Source: Spizellomyces punctatus DAOM BR117 (lineage: Eukaryota). Taken from it: a DNA stretch of 64,000 nt. The stretch lies in assembly GCA_000182565.2 (NCBI GenBank), contig KQ257458.1; one strand, given 5' to 3'. The position numbers were made by a program, and so were the translations under genes. Below, one piece after another: positions 10,729 to 23,645 of this stretch. Every line of letters begins with the position of its first letter. Positions within the stretch are counted from its first letter, which is position 1. Below the pieces are notes generated by a model. The model made no database searches. It was not told where the DNA came from and saw nothing but the letters and a program-made list of their open reading frames with translations.

Positions 10729-12605
10729 GGCAATGTGTGTGTGTTGTGAGCCGGGGAGTGACAAGAGGAGATGTTGTGTGGAATGAGGTACAGAGTGTAT
10801 GAATCAAGAGCCCGAGCTGTGGTGGTTGGAAAATAATCCAAGAGGGAAAGCAGAAGGGGGCCCTTTTATTTGATGAAATTCAAAGTAAACAATATCCTTA
10901 ATAAAAACGACTTTCTTTTGCCGCTACTAAAAAAAAACAAAAAAGAACAACAGGAAAAGTGTCCGCTGCTCATCTGCCCCCATTGTCAGCAGTAGATTTT
11001 TTAAAAGGTCATTACCCATGTCTAGCATACAGGTGGTACAATGTTAAGCTAGACTTGGTTCTTTTCCCGTACATCATTTCGCTTGGCAAGCTGGCTGTAA
11101 AAAAGTTAAAAATAGTTTAAGAAAAAGTGGCTATATCCCGCGGGACGTCTTAAAACACACTGGGAGGCAGCCTAGCAAAGAATCCACACCCAAAGGTGTC
11201 TAGCTGGTTGAAAAGGAACACGGCTTCATCATTAGCCGCTCCCATACAGGTCTTGGAAAAGTAAGGTGGGGGGCCGCCGCACTGCAACAAGACATTCCGT
11301 TTTGTTGAATAAACAAAGAAAAGGAGAGCCATCGACGGATGTGTTCCAACTTGTTTACCGTGAATGTCTCTGGCCTTCCGAGGCAGAAAGATTTCCTTGG
11401 CTGCGGGCAGTCGGTTTCTTTCAAGCCGTTCATCGGGCCTTGTTTCTGGCTAGTCGCGTGGTGTCTATCAATAGGAAGGGTAATGCTCGGAAGCCATCAT
11501 ATTGGTCCTTTACAACAAAAAACCTTAACGCAATCGACAACATCATCTACTCCTTCCAAAACGACACCAAGACCGAGTGCAAGTGGTGCAAGAGTGTTGC
11601 TTTGAACTGGTTTAGGCTGATTAGTCAAAATCGAGAAATAATTTCAATCTGCTCGATTTAACCACTGAAACGAAATGCGAAATCTCGTCGCTTTTTTTCC
11701 ACTTTCTCACATCCATGAACCAAGGCACTGGGAGAGGTCACACGACAGGGGCTTTTCTGTTTTGGAACACTCGGTTTTAGGTGGATTCTTTTACGTCATT
11801 TTCCACGTTAAGTAAACGGCTTAGTTAACTTTAATATTTATAGCCACAGATGGTTTCTTGCCTCTTTTGTGGGACATGCACAAACAGTCGATATTCTGTT
11901 GATTTTGGAGTAATTTTCATGGTTTAACAAGAGCTCCGCTTGCCGCTTGTGTTTGATGAACGAAAACGGCTTAGGTCTTGGCATTACCTCCATCGTTCAC
12001 ACAAGAATGGAAACTGGTCCGTCCGCTCGCTCATGCTAAACTTTAAAACGGGGATATCAGTGAAGGTTGCGCAAGATACTGTACACTTCCATATGGCAAG
12101 AATGAATGATAAATGAAGATTGCATGTGAATTGTCCGACATCCAAACGTTGTCTTTTGCACGCAGTTCCCGCTCCCAAGAGACACACATTGCGGATGGCT
12201 CGTGTGTGCCAATCTGGGAAGTGAGCACAGATGCATCACAAAGTAATTCTTTGTGTTTTAAGAACATCTATTGCTGCCTGCGACCATAAAATGGATGGAA
12301 TGGTGCACGAGTTCCTCTCGTATCCTCTCAAGTCTACCTAGTCAATAAGCATCCAGTGGTGCACAAGTCTTGCCAAAGTCGCAATTCGGCAAAACAATTC
12401 CCTCTGCAGGTAGTGAAAGCCAGTCTCTGAATCGAGTTGCATCGAGTGACCCAGTCCGAAGACATGCAAGAGTTTTGGCTCACTGTCTGATTCCTGTCTG
12501 ACGGTCCTTTGCATTCTTGAGATGCTCTGCTCTATCTCTCTTCATCCATGTGTCGGTCGGTATTGTGATATCTCTGCATGTTGTTAAACAGTCATGTCAA
12601 CTCAC

Positions 12606-12678
12606 GGGGAATTAGCTCAAATGGCAGAGCGCTCGCTTAGCATGCGAGAGGCACGGGGATCGATACCCCGATTCTCCA
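12606..12678 (+). tRNA. tRNA-Ala(AGC), copy 4 (TGGCA variant)
   Basis: Identical to copy 2; T-run at ~12696. Confidence 0.97.
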
Positions 12679-12791
12679 CTCTGGGGCCGATGCGATTTTT
12701 TTTTCGCAATATTGTAAATGCTCCCTTCCATGGCAACAGTAACACATATGCACGGACTTCGTTTGACTCTACACTATTCAGAGGACCCTTC

Positions 12792-13559
12792 ATGGCGTAC
12801 CAGCGTCCTCTAGCGCTATTTACCTTGCTCACCTTCATTTTGGTGACATATTTTTATTCACCACGTACAACTTCATCGTCACCATACCGATACGTCTGCG
12901 ACCTTGGTGCATACACCCATTTACCGTATCTTCCTCCGATTGATGACGCCCCCAGCAGCCTCCTTGCAGCAGCAGCAGAGTATGCAAGCTCAAAAGGCTT
13001 GCAAAAAACGACTTACACCCATGTCTCACGAATCAATGGTCAACGAGGGACCTATCACACAGACTGTTCATGTTTCGTTTCGTATTTACTCTATACGACC
13101 GGTCTGACGGCACATTTGCAAGATGTGCCCAAAGAGCGCAATGACACTGCTGTGGATCCCCCCATGCCTCGGGCACAAGATTATGCAAATTTCATTTATG
13201 GCCTAAATTCCACTCATCCGAGATGGAAACGCATCCACCGTGTCTCAGATCTCATTCCAGGAGACTTGATAACCTGGTCTATACCCTCTCGAACAACCAA
13301 CACAGGACACATGATGGTCGTCCTAGCAGATCCTATCACTATACCAGTATCAACAAATGAAACCTGGGTCCATGTTGCTGATGCGAGTTCGATTACTCAT
13401 GAGTGGGATTCTGCGTGTCATGATGGTGTATGTAAGAGATGGGGTGTTGGACAGGGGTTTGTCATGCTGTTAGAAAGGGCGGGTCGCATTGTGGGCTTTA
13501 AATTTCGGAGCGGGGCTAGAGAGCGGTGGTGGGAAGTCGGCGTGGGGAGGCTCTTGTGA
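12792..13559 (+). CDS. Secreted or membrane-anchored NlpC/P60-like papain-fold cysteine hydrolase, intronless
   Basis: Hydrophobic N-terminus, then YHTDCSCFVSYLL (DCS catalytic Cys), DLIPGDLITW and NTGHMMVV (catalytic His). Start placed at ATG 12792 because the longer ORF runs through the tRNA gene. Confidence 0.75.
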   Translation: MAYQRPLALFTLLTFILVTYFYSPRTTSSSPYRYVCDLGAYTHLPYLPPIDDAPSSLLAAAAEYASSKGLQKTTYTHVSRINGQRGTYHTDCSCFVSYLLYTTGLTAHLQDVPKERNDTAVDPPMPRAQDYANFIYGLNSTHPRWKRIHRVSDLIPGDLITWSIPSRTTNTGHMMVVLADPITIPVSTNETWVHVADASSITHEWDSACHDGVCKRWGVGQGFVMLLERAGRIVGFKFRSGARERWWEVGVGRLL

Positions 13560-13740
13560 TCCTTGGCAGCCATGCCAACTTCTGACGCGTCGCGTCGCAG
13601 ACGGCGTTGGGTGAACAAGCCCTTTAAAAATACGCCTTTACCGTTTATAGTTGGGGGTGCACACAGCCTTACGGGATACCCACGTATAAAAAGACTTTGT
13701 TGGTCTGCCTTCCTCCACCTTGCGCATCAACTCTGTAAAC

Positions 13741-14395
13741 ATGTCAGTCCCATTTCCAGACCCCAACAACACCTACACTCAAGCACCGCCACAACCGCAA
13801 CAATCTTACGCTCAACCGCCTCCCAACAACGGGCAGCCAAACCAACCGTACTATTATGAGCCTGGCCAACCCCAACAATCGCCTCCGGCGAATGAGCAAG
13901 ACAAGGACAGAGGACTCTTTAGTAATATTCAGCAGGCTTTAGGTGGTGGTGCACATCCACCTGGGCCGGGGCAACCGCAACAAGGAGCACCGGCGCCATC
14001 AGGAAGCAATCACTCAGGTCTGAACGTTACGCTAGGAGGAGTGTTGGGAGCGGTTGCTGTAGCTGGTGCGTATGGTCTTGTCCGTTTCACTTTCTTGAGC
14101 CACAGCCATTTTAACTTTGGTCATTCGTCCCTTAGGTGTCGGATATCTCGCTTATGATCAATGGCTCAAACATCAGAATAAGGCTCATTCCGACCATTCT
14201 GTTGAAGAATTCAAACGTTTGCAGGCTACACATGGGGCGCCTGCAGCGCCTGGTGCCCATGATTCACACGGGGGAAAGCATAAGGACAAGAAACACAAGG
14301 AGCACAAACAGAAAAAGGATAAACATGACAAAAAGGAAAAGAAGCACAAGAAGGGAAGCGGTAGCAGTTCTAGCAGTTCTAGCGATAGCGATTAG
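13741..14395 (+). CDS. Small Pro/Gln-rich protein with one Gly/Ala-rich hydrophobic segment and a Lys/His/Ser-rich tail
   Basis: Intron 14066-14135 joins GAVAVAG-VGYLAYDQWLKH; TATA-like TATAAAA at ~13685. Confidence 0.7.
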
Positions 14396-14484
14396 AATTG
14401 CATCATGTTAATTGGGTATACTTTTACAAATTTGGTTCACACATAAACCCCTTTACACAAAGTTGAAAGTCCATTCTTTTTACA

Positions 14485-15165
14485 TTACACACCCACCACC
14501 ATTCCGCCCATCTTCCTCTTCCTGACCCACTCGGCATGCTCCTCATGCCTCTTCAACTTTTCCATCCTCTCCTCCTCTAATTGCATGCGACGAAGTGCAG
14601 CCGCCTCCAACTTGGATTCCACATCTGGAACAACGCGTGCAGGTACACTGCATCGTCGCTGGCGCTTTTCGCCCCGCTTTTCAACAGCTTCCTTTCGAAG
14701 CATGTCAGCCATGCGCATCTTTTCGCATAGCTTGCGGTAGGTGTCTTGTGTGTGGGCCACTTGAGATTCGTGAACGGCCTGGGAGGTCTCGATGGCGTGG
14801 GTGGTCGCTTGGTGGGCCTTGAGAGCAAGATTCCGAATGTGCTCCTATCAATATCAAAAGCGACAATTTAGAACAGCGCAAGGAAAGACTATGTAGGTAC
14901 GAGATACATACTGCTTTGCGTTCGGCTGCCTTGGACATTTTCTCCTCCAGGTCTTCTTGGCTGAAGCTACCAAAGTTACGAGGAGGGTGAGACAGGCAAC
15001 TCGCGACAAGCACGTCTAAACATTAGGGCAAAGAACAAACCTTCTTTGGGCTTTACGTCCTTCAAATTTTCTAGGAATCTTTGGCGAGAGCTCTTCGGCA
15101 TGGACAGGGAGCGTCGTCACATCCTGTTCGTCATCCAAAACAATAGCAAAAGCTGTTGACGCCAT
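14485..15165 (-). CDS. Stathmin-like coiled-coil protein (3 exons)
   Basis: Exons 15165-15041, 14966-14912 and 14844-14485 give MASTAFAIVL...ELSPK...SQEDLEEKMSKAAERKA...KLEAAALRRMQLEEERMEKLKRHEEHAEWVRKRK. Confidence 0.65.
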
Positions 15166-16296
15166 GCTTTACGTTCGTTCGTAAGAAAGATTAGTCTGGT
15201 TTTGAGAGAAAACTGTCTGCTGGGGGAGACGAGAAGAGAGTTGCGCTCTTTTTATGAAGAGATGAGGCGAAAAACGCGTTGCACCGTAAGCGAGAACGCG
15301 ACATGAACGCGTTCATCTGGGCCCGAAGTTGCAGCTTGGCGTGCCCTTTAGGCGAGTGAGCGACAAGGGAAATGGTCCCTGAAGCTCTACTGAGGATATG
15401 TCATTCCACTTGTAGTAGTCGTTTTACCTTGTCCTAGAGTTGGCTGGCGTACATTGGATTTGTTTTAAGATGGATGGATATCAAGTCTAAAACTTGAAAA
15501 AAAAAGGATGGCAAGTGCTTGTAGCGGGATTTGAACTCTGTCAAACGTGGTAGGCAAAACATGAAACAAAAGGGGAGCCAACCGCCGCCACAAACGGTGA
15601 CACAGAGTCATAACCTCCTCCTTCAAAGTGATGGAAACTCGGCGCTTTGGAAAATGCATTTCTGTTGCTATTTTGAGGATGGGTTTTTGATAAGTTTGGG
15701 ATCTGCACACGGGTTATGCCATGATCCACACACACACACTGGAAACCTCTCTATTATTATAGAAATGTCATGCTGTTTACTGCTTTCGTAGCTGTTCATT
15801 AACGATAACACCATCCGTTGAACAAGATCCTTGATTTTGCAAAAACCAATTTGTGATTTATCCCTTCTGTGCTTGTAAATTGTTGAAATTCGTTCATCTT
15901 TTTTGTTGGACGCCGTCAGTTCGTTACCAAAGCCACCCTCCTGCGTGCACAGAGCCGCAAGTACAGCGCGCGCGTTTTGATTTTGACCAAGTAGTGGACG
16001 CCTTTGAGCAAGCGATTTTTTACGGGGACCTGTTGGGGAGGACATTGCTGGCAGTGAGGACATGAACACCCATTGAACGCATTGGCAGATTGGGACTCTG
16101 TGTTTACACGTTCAAGATTTATATTCTGACAATTGCCCATTTGCACTCCCATTCCGAACATTCAACTGTTCCTCACACTAGCGCACTACCCAGCATAAAC
16201 ACTTCTTTCATCGCACTCAACACCGAGAGAGAGAGAGAGAAAGACTGAGCGTGACCAAACGACTAATCACGACGCCCTCTGCGTGCGCGCCGAGAT

Positions 16297-19011
16297 ATGT
16301 TTGTAGAGTCCCACGCGCAGGCACCTCCTTTTACGCTTGATTCGTCGCCTGCGTCGGTCACAAATCACCATAGTCCGTTCGTTCCTCGCTCGTGTTCCAA
16401 ACTTGAAATGTCACCTGAGGTGCTAAATGGAACTGTAAGACGTGAGGAAAAGGCAGAAGGAGTTGCTGAGGCGCGGACAACTCTGCAGAATTCCCCTGAC
16501 GAAAATGTACAAGTGGAGGAACAGGGAGGCGAAGACGGTACTGTTGACCTTGAAATGGACAGTATGAGTGATGAAAATATAAGGGAAGAAACAAGGCAGA
16601 GGGGAAGCGAGGAAATAGCGGCGGTGGAAGCACAACGACTGTCCGAGAACCTTGTCGAGTCGCCAGCAATTGTTCAGCCCGCCAACACGGATGGTAGTTC
16701 CGAAGATACGGCTGCCAACAGCATCAGCAACACAGTACCGGACATCGACGGTCAGAAAACACCAGCGAATGGCTCCCCGATGGATTTTTCATGTAAGATC
16801 TCTTTTATACTCTGATCGATCGCGAAAGAGACTTACATGCTACGGTCCTCTTTTAGCGCTTCTTCCCCAGCGAAAACGACGACCCTCTTCAATCGCTGAA
16901 GCAAATGTAACTGCGGCTGCGGTATCCGAAATGCCCCGACGTCCATCTTCAACCTATATACGAAGCTCCTCTGAAGAAAATGCCCCCAAGATGTTCCGAC
17001 CACACGCACCACAACGAACCAAAACCATGTCCGGATTCTCTACTGTAACACCGTCGCGGCCCACAATGTCTGGTTTCATGGGGAAGCCGCGACGCCCTTC
17101 ATCAGCTCCTAATGTCAACTCTGCATCGCCACGAAGTAGAAGCAAATCGGAACCCTTTTCTGCGAACCCTCTACCACCAAACAGTCGATCCGCATCTGTG
17201 GGCACGTCCCGCAAGAGCTCAGAACCAGTATCACCGGACAGTGCTAGCTCCCCGCTTGCAGTTCACCGACGGCCCTCCACTCAATCCATGGACTCTGTTT
17301 CGAGCACACCGACCCAAGGTGACGCGACAGAGGACGAGTCTTACTTTGTCTTGGCCCGGTTGGAGGAGGAAAAGGAGGTTACAAAGGAAGAAGTCGAAAA
17401 GGAAGAAACCAAGAAAGGGTGGTTCTCTCCCGCGGCTTATCTGCAAGCAAGTTTCCAAGCTGTGAAAGAGTCCATGTTGGGAGAGGGAAGAGGGCCAGAG
17501 GAGAATGAAATCGAAACAGATTGGGGTAATTACATCACGTATTGCGCAACCAAGGATTCTCCGGTCTGATTATTTGCAACCATTTACAGAGTTTTGGGGC
17601 AAAGTGATGAATGACTACGAAACAACTGTTCGCAAGCACCCTCGCACATTCACACGAAAACTACATCAAGGAATACCTGACTCTCTACGTGGAATGGTGT
17701 GGCAACTCATATGCAAAGGAAAAGACCCGGACCTGGAAAACCAATACGCAACTCTAATAACCCGCACTTCCATTCATGAGAAAGTGATTCAACGAGATTT
17801 GGCGCGAACATTTCCGAAACATGAACGATTTCAGGAACCTGGAGGCCCAGGACAGGAGAGCTTATTCAATATCATCAAAGCTTATAGCTTGTATGACACA
17901 GAAATCGGCTATTGCCAAGGAATTGCATTCGTCGTTGGTGCCCTTTTGTTGAATGTGCGTGTTTTTGAGTTACCCGTACGATTGAGGTTATAACTAATTA
18001 AACCTTTCGTACCAGATGCCCGATGAGGAGGCTTTTTGCGTACTAGTACGGCTGATGAAAGACTACAAGCTCCGAGAGCTGTACGCCCCTCAGATGGTTG
18101 GACTGCAACTACGATTATATCAGTATGATGAGCTACTTGAAGAACAGTTTCCAGCCGTTGCCAAGCATTTGGAAGAGCAGGAGGTGAAGAGTACCATGTA
18201 TGCCTCACAATGGTGAGTTTTTGTCGGAGATCAAGTCATATCACATTCATGACTTTAAAGTTGATCCTATTCCGGTTTTGCAAGGTTTATGACCATGTTT
18301 GCCTACCGCTTTCCTTTGTCCGCCGTTTTCCGAATCATGGACGTCATCTTTGCCGAAGGCGTTGATGCCATGCTCCGTTTCGCCCTTGCCTTAATCAAAC
18401 GTAACCAAGATATCATCCTTACCCTCGACTTTGAAAATCTCCTAGAGTTCCTCAAAAACGGGTTATTCGACGTGTACGCCGACAATGTCGTGGCTCTCAT
18501 CTACGACGCGGCGTCCATCCGCATCTCTAAAGGAAGATTGGACAAACTTGCCGCTGAACACGCTGAAGCCGTCCGCATGGCCAGCCCAGAACACATGGAA
18601 GCGGATGCCCTCCGCGCAGAAATGCGAAGAATGATGGAAACCATAAAGCGAATGGAAACCGAGTACGAAATCCTCAACCGTGAACACGTCACATTGGCCA
18701 ACAGACTCTTGGAAGCAACTGTTTGTTCTGAGCGCGATCGGGAACGAGCAGATACACTCCAAACCCGTGTATCGGAACTAGAAGCCCGAGCAGCGGATGA
18801 GCGGAAAATGGCTGAACAAGCTGTTCAAGCGGAGATGGAACGCTTGGCTCACAAGAACCTGGAACTTACTGCGCGGAACGCAGAATTGCAAGAAGAGGTC
18901 ATTGGATTGCAGGATGTCGTTGCTGAGACGAAACTCAAATGGGCGGATTGCGAGAATCAGAGATCAGAGTTGCAGAGAAAGTGGGATGGATTGAAGAAGG
19001 TTTTGGGATGA
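16297..19011 (+). CDS. TBC-domain Rab GTPase-activating protein with C-terminal coiled coil (EVI5/Gyp5-like)
   Basis: GIPDSLRGMVWQ, IQRDLARTFP (Arg finger), GYCQG (Gln finger) and MYASQWFMTMF; about 5 exons; start codon uncertain. Confidence 0.9.
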
Positions 19012-19889
19012 TGTGTTGCATTGATACCTTTTTTTTTTCAGTAATAGTGTTGTTTCTTTTTTTTTTTTTTCGACATACTTTTGTGTTTTGCCGATGTAGT
19101 GTTCTGTCTCTGCCTATGGCTTTTTTTTGTTTCTGTAAGAATTATTCTCGTACTGTTACTTCCCTTCCGCTCCATGATGTTTTCCTGCTCTATGCTTTTT
19201 TTTGTATTGATGAGTAACGGTTTTGGACCTGATAATTCATTTAAACGAGAAATAAATCCCACCCTGAAGCTTGGTATAGAGTGTGCTTAAACAGCACCTG
19301 GATAGTCCAATAGGTTGTTGGATGCGCACACTGCTTCGATTGAAACCAATAACAAAGTAATGGCACATAAATACGATCTAAATTAGCACGTACAAGGACA
19401 ATGCATGTCTTGGTTTATTTTGTTAACGGGCTGCTTTGAATCATCTCCAGCATTATGGTGACGAACAGCCAAAACGAACTCTGTTAAAGAACAGATAGAC
19501 TGTGAGAGCAAAAAGAAGGATAAACAAACAGTACGGAGTGCTTTGGAAAGTTGTAATTGTCGACAAATTCTCAAAAAGGGCAAACAGCTGCGCGCATCAG
19601 CCAACATAGTAAAACCGCGGAACAATAAACGCACAACGTCTTTTGGGGCCGTTCAAGGGAGACCGGAAAATCACCATAACGTCCTTTAATGGATATGATT
19701 CATGGGTAGACTGACCTTTGGACCAGGCGGTAATGATAATCCTTCTCAGAAAAGGCAGCTAAATGAATATAAAGTCTGGGCAGTATTGGAACATGATTTG
19801 GTGTGACAGCCAATATCAAACGTCCTGTAATGCAAACATACAGGGTAGTCGTTTACAGAACAAAAAACACAGCTATGAAAGAATGGGAG

Positions 19890-19962
19890 TGGAGAATCGG
19901 GGTATCGATCCCCGTGCCTCTCGCATGCTAAGCGAGCGCTCTACCATTTGAGCTAATTCCCC
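19890..19962 (-). tRNA. tRNA-Ala(AGC), copy 5 (TGGTA variant)
   Basis: Exact reverse complement of copy 1. Confidence 0.97.
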
Positions 19963-20888
19963 GATGATGAATTGGGAGCGCATGTAAATTATGTGCGTAT
20001 CACAATCTTGAGAACAGCACCCTCATGCAATCATCACCACAGTATTTCGAATTGGCTTGTCAAGCAATACTGTCCTGCGGAATAAGTGCAGAAATTTCGA
20101 TCGGGTTGGTATCGATTCTGGATGCATTGATGGGTTTCAATGAGCTTCAGACGATACGATAGGCAGCAACACGGGTTATTTCTTTTATGACTGAAGAAAG
20201 GTTTGGTGAACGTCCTTGAGTTCTTTATAGGTAAATGAATATGATAGAGTATTGACCACCTCAGCTGGATCTTTATGAAAGGGTTATCCGACTTTATGCA
20301 GTCGAGGATGTGATTCCATGTCATATTAAGTTGGTCAATCGTAAGCCTCGCTGCAGTAGAAAATATGGAATATTCCCATTGCCTCTGTCATCAAGAGTTC
20401 TTTTGAAATGCTGTTGCCTATTATTTGGGTATATTAGCCATTTAATTTTACACGGCAGCATTCCAGATCCGATTACAAACCAGAGGGCAGGTACAGTAGC
20501 TTAAATACACCGACAAGGTCCTCTGGAGGGAAGGATTTAGGAGCAGAGACGAAATTCCTGGATATTGAGCGGCGATCATCTTCAGTCCCCAGACGAGACA
20601 GTCATCTAACAAAGCACATCTGGCAGTAGTTGGTATCGAACACTGCCAATCCAACTCGAGCCACGTTGCTTGTGATTTCAATCGGTTGAATAGGTTAAAC
20701 AATTTGATCATCGGCGGCTTTCACCGTCACGTCACGCGTTTGGTTGAACAGCAACCGACAAAAAAGTTGAGGTTGAGGATTTTGGGTTTCCGACATGGGT
20801 ATTCTAGTTGTTGTAATTAGGATAGCTACATAATTTTTATTGAGAGAGAATAGACGATTTGTGACCAATTTACCTGGTTCATTGTTCA

Positions 20889-23029
20889 ATGGGTACACTT
20901 CTTCAGCTGCTTGAACCACTGTCGGCTGCAGCGTCCTCCGCCTTTCAAACGGTTTCTCATGCCGCAGAGTCTCTCACGAAGCCTGCGGTCGATCAGTCAA
21001 ACGATGGTCCACTACCTACCACCCCTAGCAATATCGCAACCTCTATCCCACAGCGAAGTTCGTCACTTCCTCCGGCGGACGATGACGACAGTTCCGACAC
21101 TGAGCAGTATGATATCGCAGCAAAGGTTCCCAGTTTAGGCGTCGGGTGGAATTCGATTTGGCAGTTTCTGGGTGGTTCAGAGGAATTGAGCGATGACGAG
21201 TGTCCAGAGGAAGTGGAGCTAAAGGATCTGAGTAATGAAAGAGGAGACCCAACTCAAGCCTCTAAAACAGAGACAAACAAAGATGAGATTATTGCCGTAC
21301 AGCGAGCCGCCGATGCTGCAGCTCAAGCTCCAAGTGGATGGGCTGCGTTCGGATTCAATTTAAACATACCCATGCCACCCTTCCTTGATACCAGATCCTT
21401 TCCCGCACCGCCCGACGAGGTAGCACCACTACCCGGCCTCACACCAGCTTCAAATACCGCACCCGAACAAGGTACCGTCCGGTCAACGACACCAGATGGG
21501 GACGCTACCACAGCAGCCAGCGCCTGGACTAAGGCTTGGGCATCTGTCACCGGATCCGCAACGCGCAACTTGCGACCCTGCGGGCATCGACATCCGTTTC
21601 ATTTCTTGGAGGGGGACCTTGTCCTGATGGGCGGCATGTATGGTTCCTTCCTGGAAGATCGATCTACCGGCCGGAGGGAATGGCTTTCGATGGATGCAGT
21701 GTTGAATTGGAATACCCCAGATTTGAGACTCCCCCTAGGCGGAGATGAGGAGGACGACAGGCTTGTGCCAAGCGGGTGAGTTCCTTTCATTGACTTATAT
21801 CTTAATATATCCTTTTCTACGAGTTTCTTTTGACACCATTCTTTTTTAAAAATTCAGTATTTTCGACCGTCTAGGTCCAATCAATGTTTGCGCCGATCTC
21901 GTGCGTGAATTTGTTTCCTGGGAAAAATGCAGCTCAGGAGCCTTTCGCTTCCACCCTTTCGCCTACGATTGGCGCAAATCCCCACACCATGCTTCAAAGT
22001 CCCTTGAGACCTTCCTTAGTAACATTTATGAACGCAATAACCACCAAAAAATCCTCCTTGTTGCGCACTCCATGGGCGGCCTCGTGGCTCTTTCAGTGAT
22101 CAATAGACGACCAGAGCTGTTTCGTGGTGTTGTGTTTGTTGGAACGCCTTTTGGAAGTGTTCCGCTCATTATATGGGCTTTAAGACGTGGCGCACCCTTT
22201 ATGTTGAACCGAACGTTGATGTCAGCTGGACTGCACTTTGGAGCGCGGACTTCTTTTGTATTTTTGCCGACCGATGGCAAAGGTTTGGTGGATGATAAAG
22301 AAGAGGATATTTTGATTGATTTTTATAATGCCGACGAGTAGGTCTTGTGTGCTTGAATTGCAGCAATCCAACCTCGCCTAATTAGACTTCCAATATAGGT
22401 GGCTCAACTACCGCCTCTCCCAGGTTTTCCATACTGCAAAAACGCAGGAGGATCTCCAAAGCTTCCACACATATCTCAAACAGACTCTTCACAGCGCCAA
22501 AACCTTCCGAACGTCCCTCTCCCACAATCCCGATCAGTCATATCCCCCATTCGCCACGGTAACCTCTACAAAATTCCCTACACCAACTCGTATTCGCTCC
22601 TCTGTTCGTAAGGTTCAAACACCGTTAGGAATAAAGCGCGAAATTAAACTCATGTGGCCATGTCGCTTTCTGCCCGGGGATGGGATTGTTAGCGGGGAAG
22701 ATATGCGTATGCCATTAGGATTTACGTTTTCGGAAGTCAGAAGTTTAGTAGGACATTGGGGCCTCCTAAATGATGTAGCGGCAATAAGGAAGGCCTTAAA
22801 GAACATTTTGGAGGAAGAGACGAAACGGAGTAAGCCTGAGAGTGCGGCTGACAATGAGCAGATACCGACAACAAACGAAACTCATGATGAGAATGCGCAC
22901 GATATACAGCGGATAGACTGCAGTGAGGAACCTAAAAATGAAATGGATAAGCTTGACATCAATGACAGAATGGAAATTAAGAACGGAGATGAACCACAAA
23001 TGGAGCAGACCGGATCATACACAACATAG
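20889..23029 (+). CDS. LCAT-like alpha/beta hydrolase (phospholipase/acyltransferase family)
   Basis: Three exons; FAYDWRKS, AHSMGG nucleophile elbow, GTPFGS, PGDGIV and GHWGLL complete a Ser-Asp-His triad. Confidence 0.85.
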
Positions 23030-23572
23030 TGAAGTACGAGAGGATAGAGCACCGGAAGACTCGGCTGGTGGTGCCTTGTAGCTTGTGGAAACTGTACCAT
23101 AATCACTTCGACTGCTCATATACAATCTCATTCTGATGCACAAACTAACATCTGGTTCTTCTGGTTCCTGCTCCTCCTTTTTTTTGTCATCAAACACGTC
23201 TTTTCCTATGATATTTTCTTTGCCTTTTGAGTTCTTTTGCCCACTTTTGGGTTGACGGCCTTTTTTGCTTTTCCGGTTCAAGAGCTGTAGTGGTTCTCAG
23301 TTCTTCCGGCTGGTTTGTGGAAGTATCATCGGAGGGTGCTGATGAAGCGTCGCTAGTAGCACCTTTCCCCTTTGATTTATCGCTGTTTCTTTTTTTGCCG
23401 CCAGTTCGCCTGAGTTTAAGCGAGCTGAGGGAACCGAATTTCATTAAATGTTGGGTACATCATGACAGGGTAATTCGTGCATACTTGCAGCACAGCAATA
23501 CCAAAGGGCCGCTGTAAAATTGGACACCATCACATTCAAAACACAAAAAATACCCTCTCTCGACCGCGCGAT

Positions 23573-23645
23573 TGGAGAATCGGGGTATCGATCCCCGTGC
23601 CTCTCGCATGCTAAGCGAGCGCTCTACCATTTGAGCTAATTCCCC
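23573..23645 (-). tRNA. tRNA-Ala(AGC), copy 6 (TGGTA variant)
   Basis: Exact reverse complement of copy 1. Confidence 0.97.

Noticed and set aside
11150-12300. Short ORFs including 11266-11661
   Set aside because: No recognisable motif or coherent exon structure
12594-12791. 5' part of the 321-aa ORF
   Set aside because: It reads through tRNA-Ala copy 4 and its T-run terminator; the hydrophobic leader starts at ATG 12792
23015-23444. Lys-rich minus-strand ORF pair between the LCAT-like gene and tRNA copy 6
   Set aside because: Needs a frameshift, overlaps the neighbour's stop codon and has no domain; may be a gene fragment but cannot be supported
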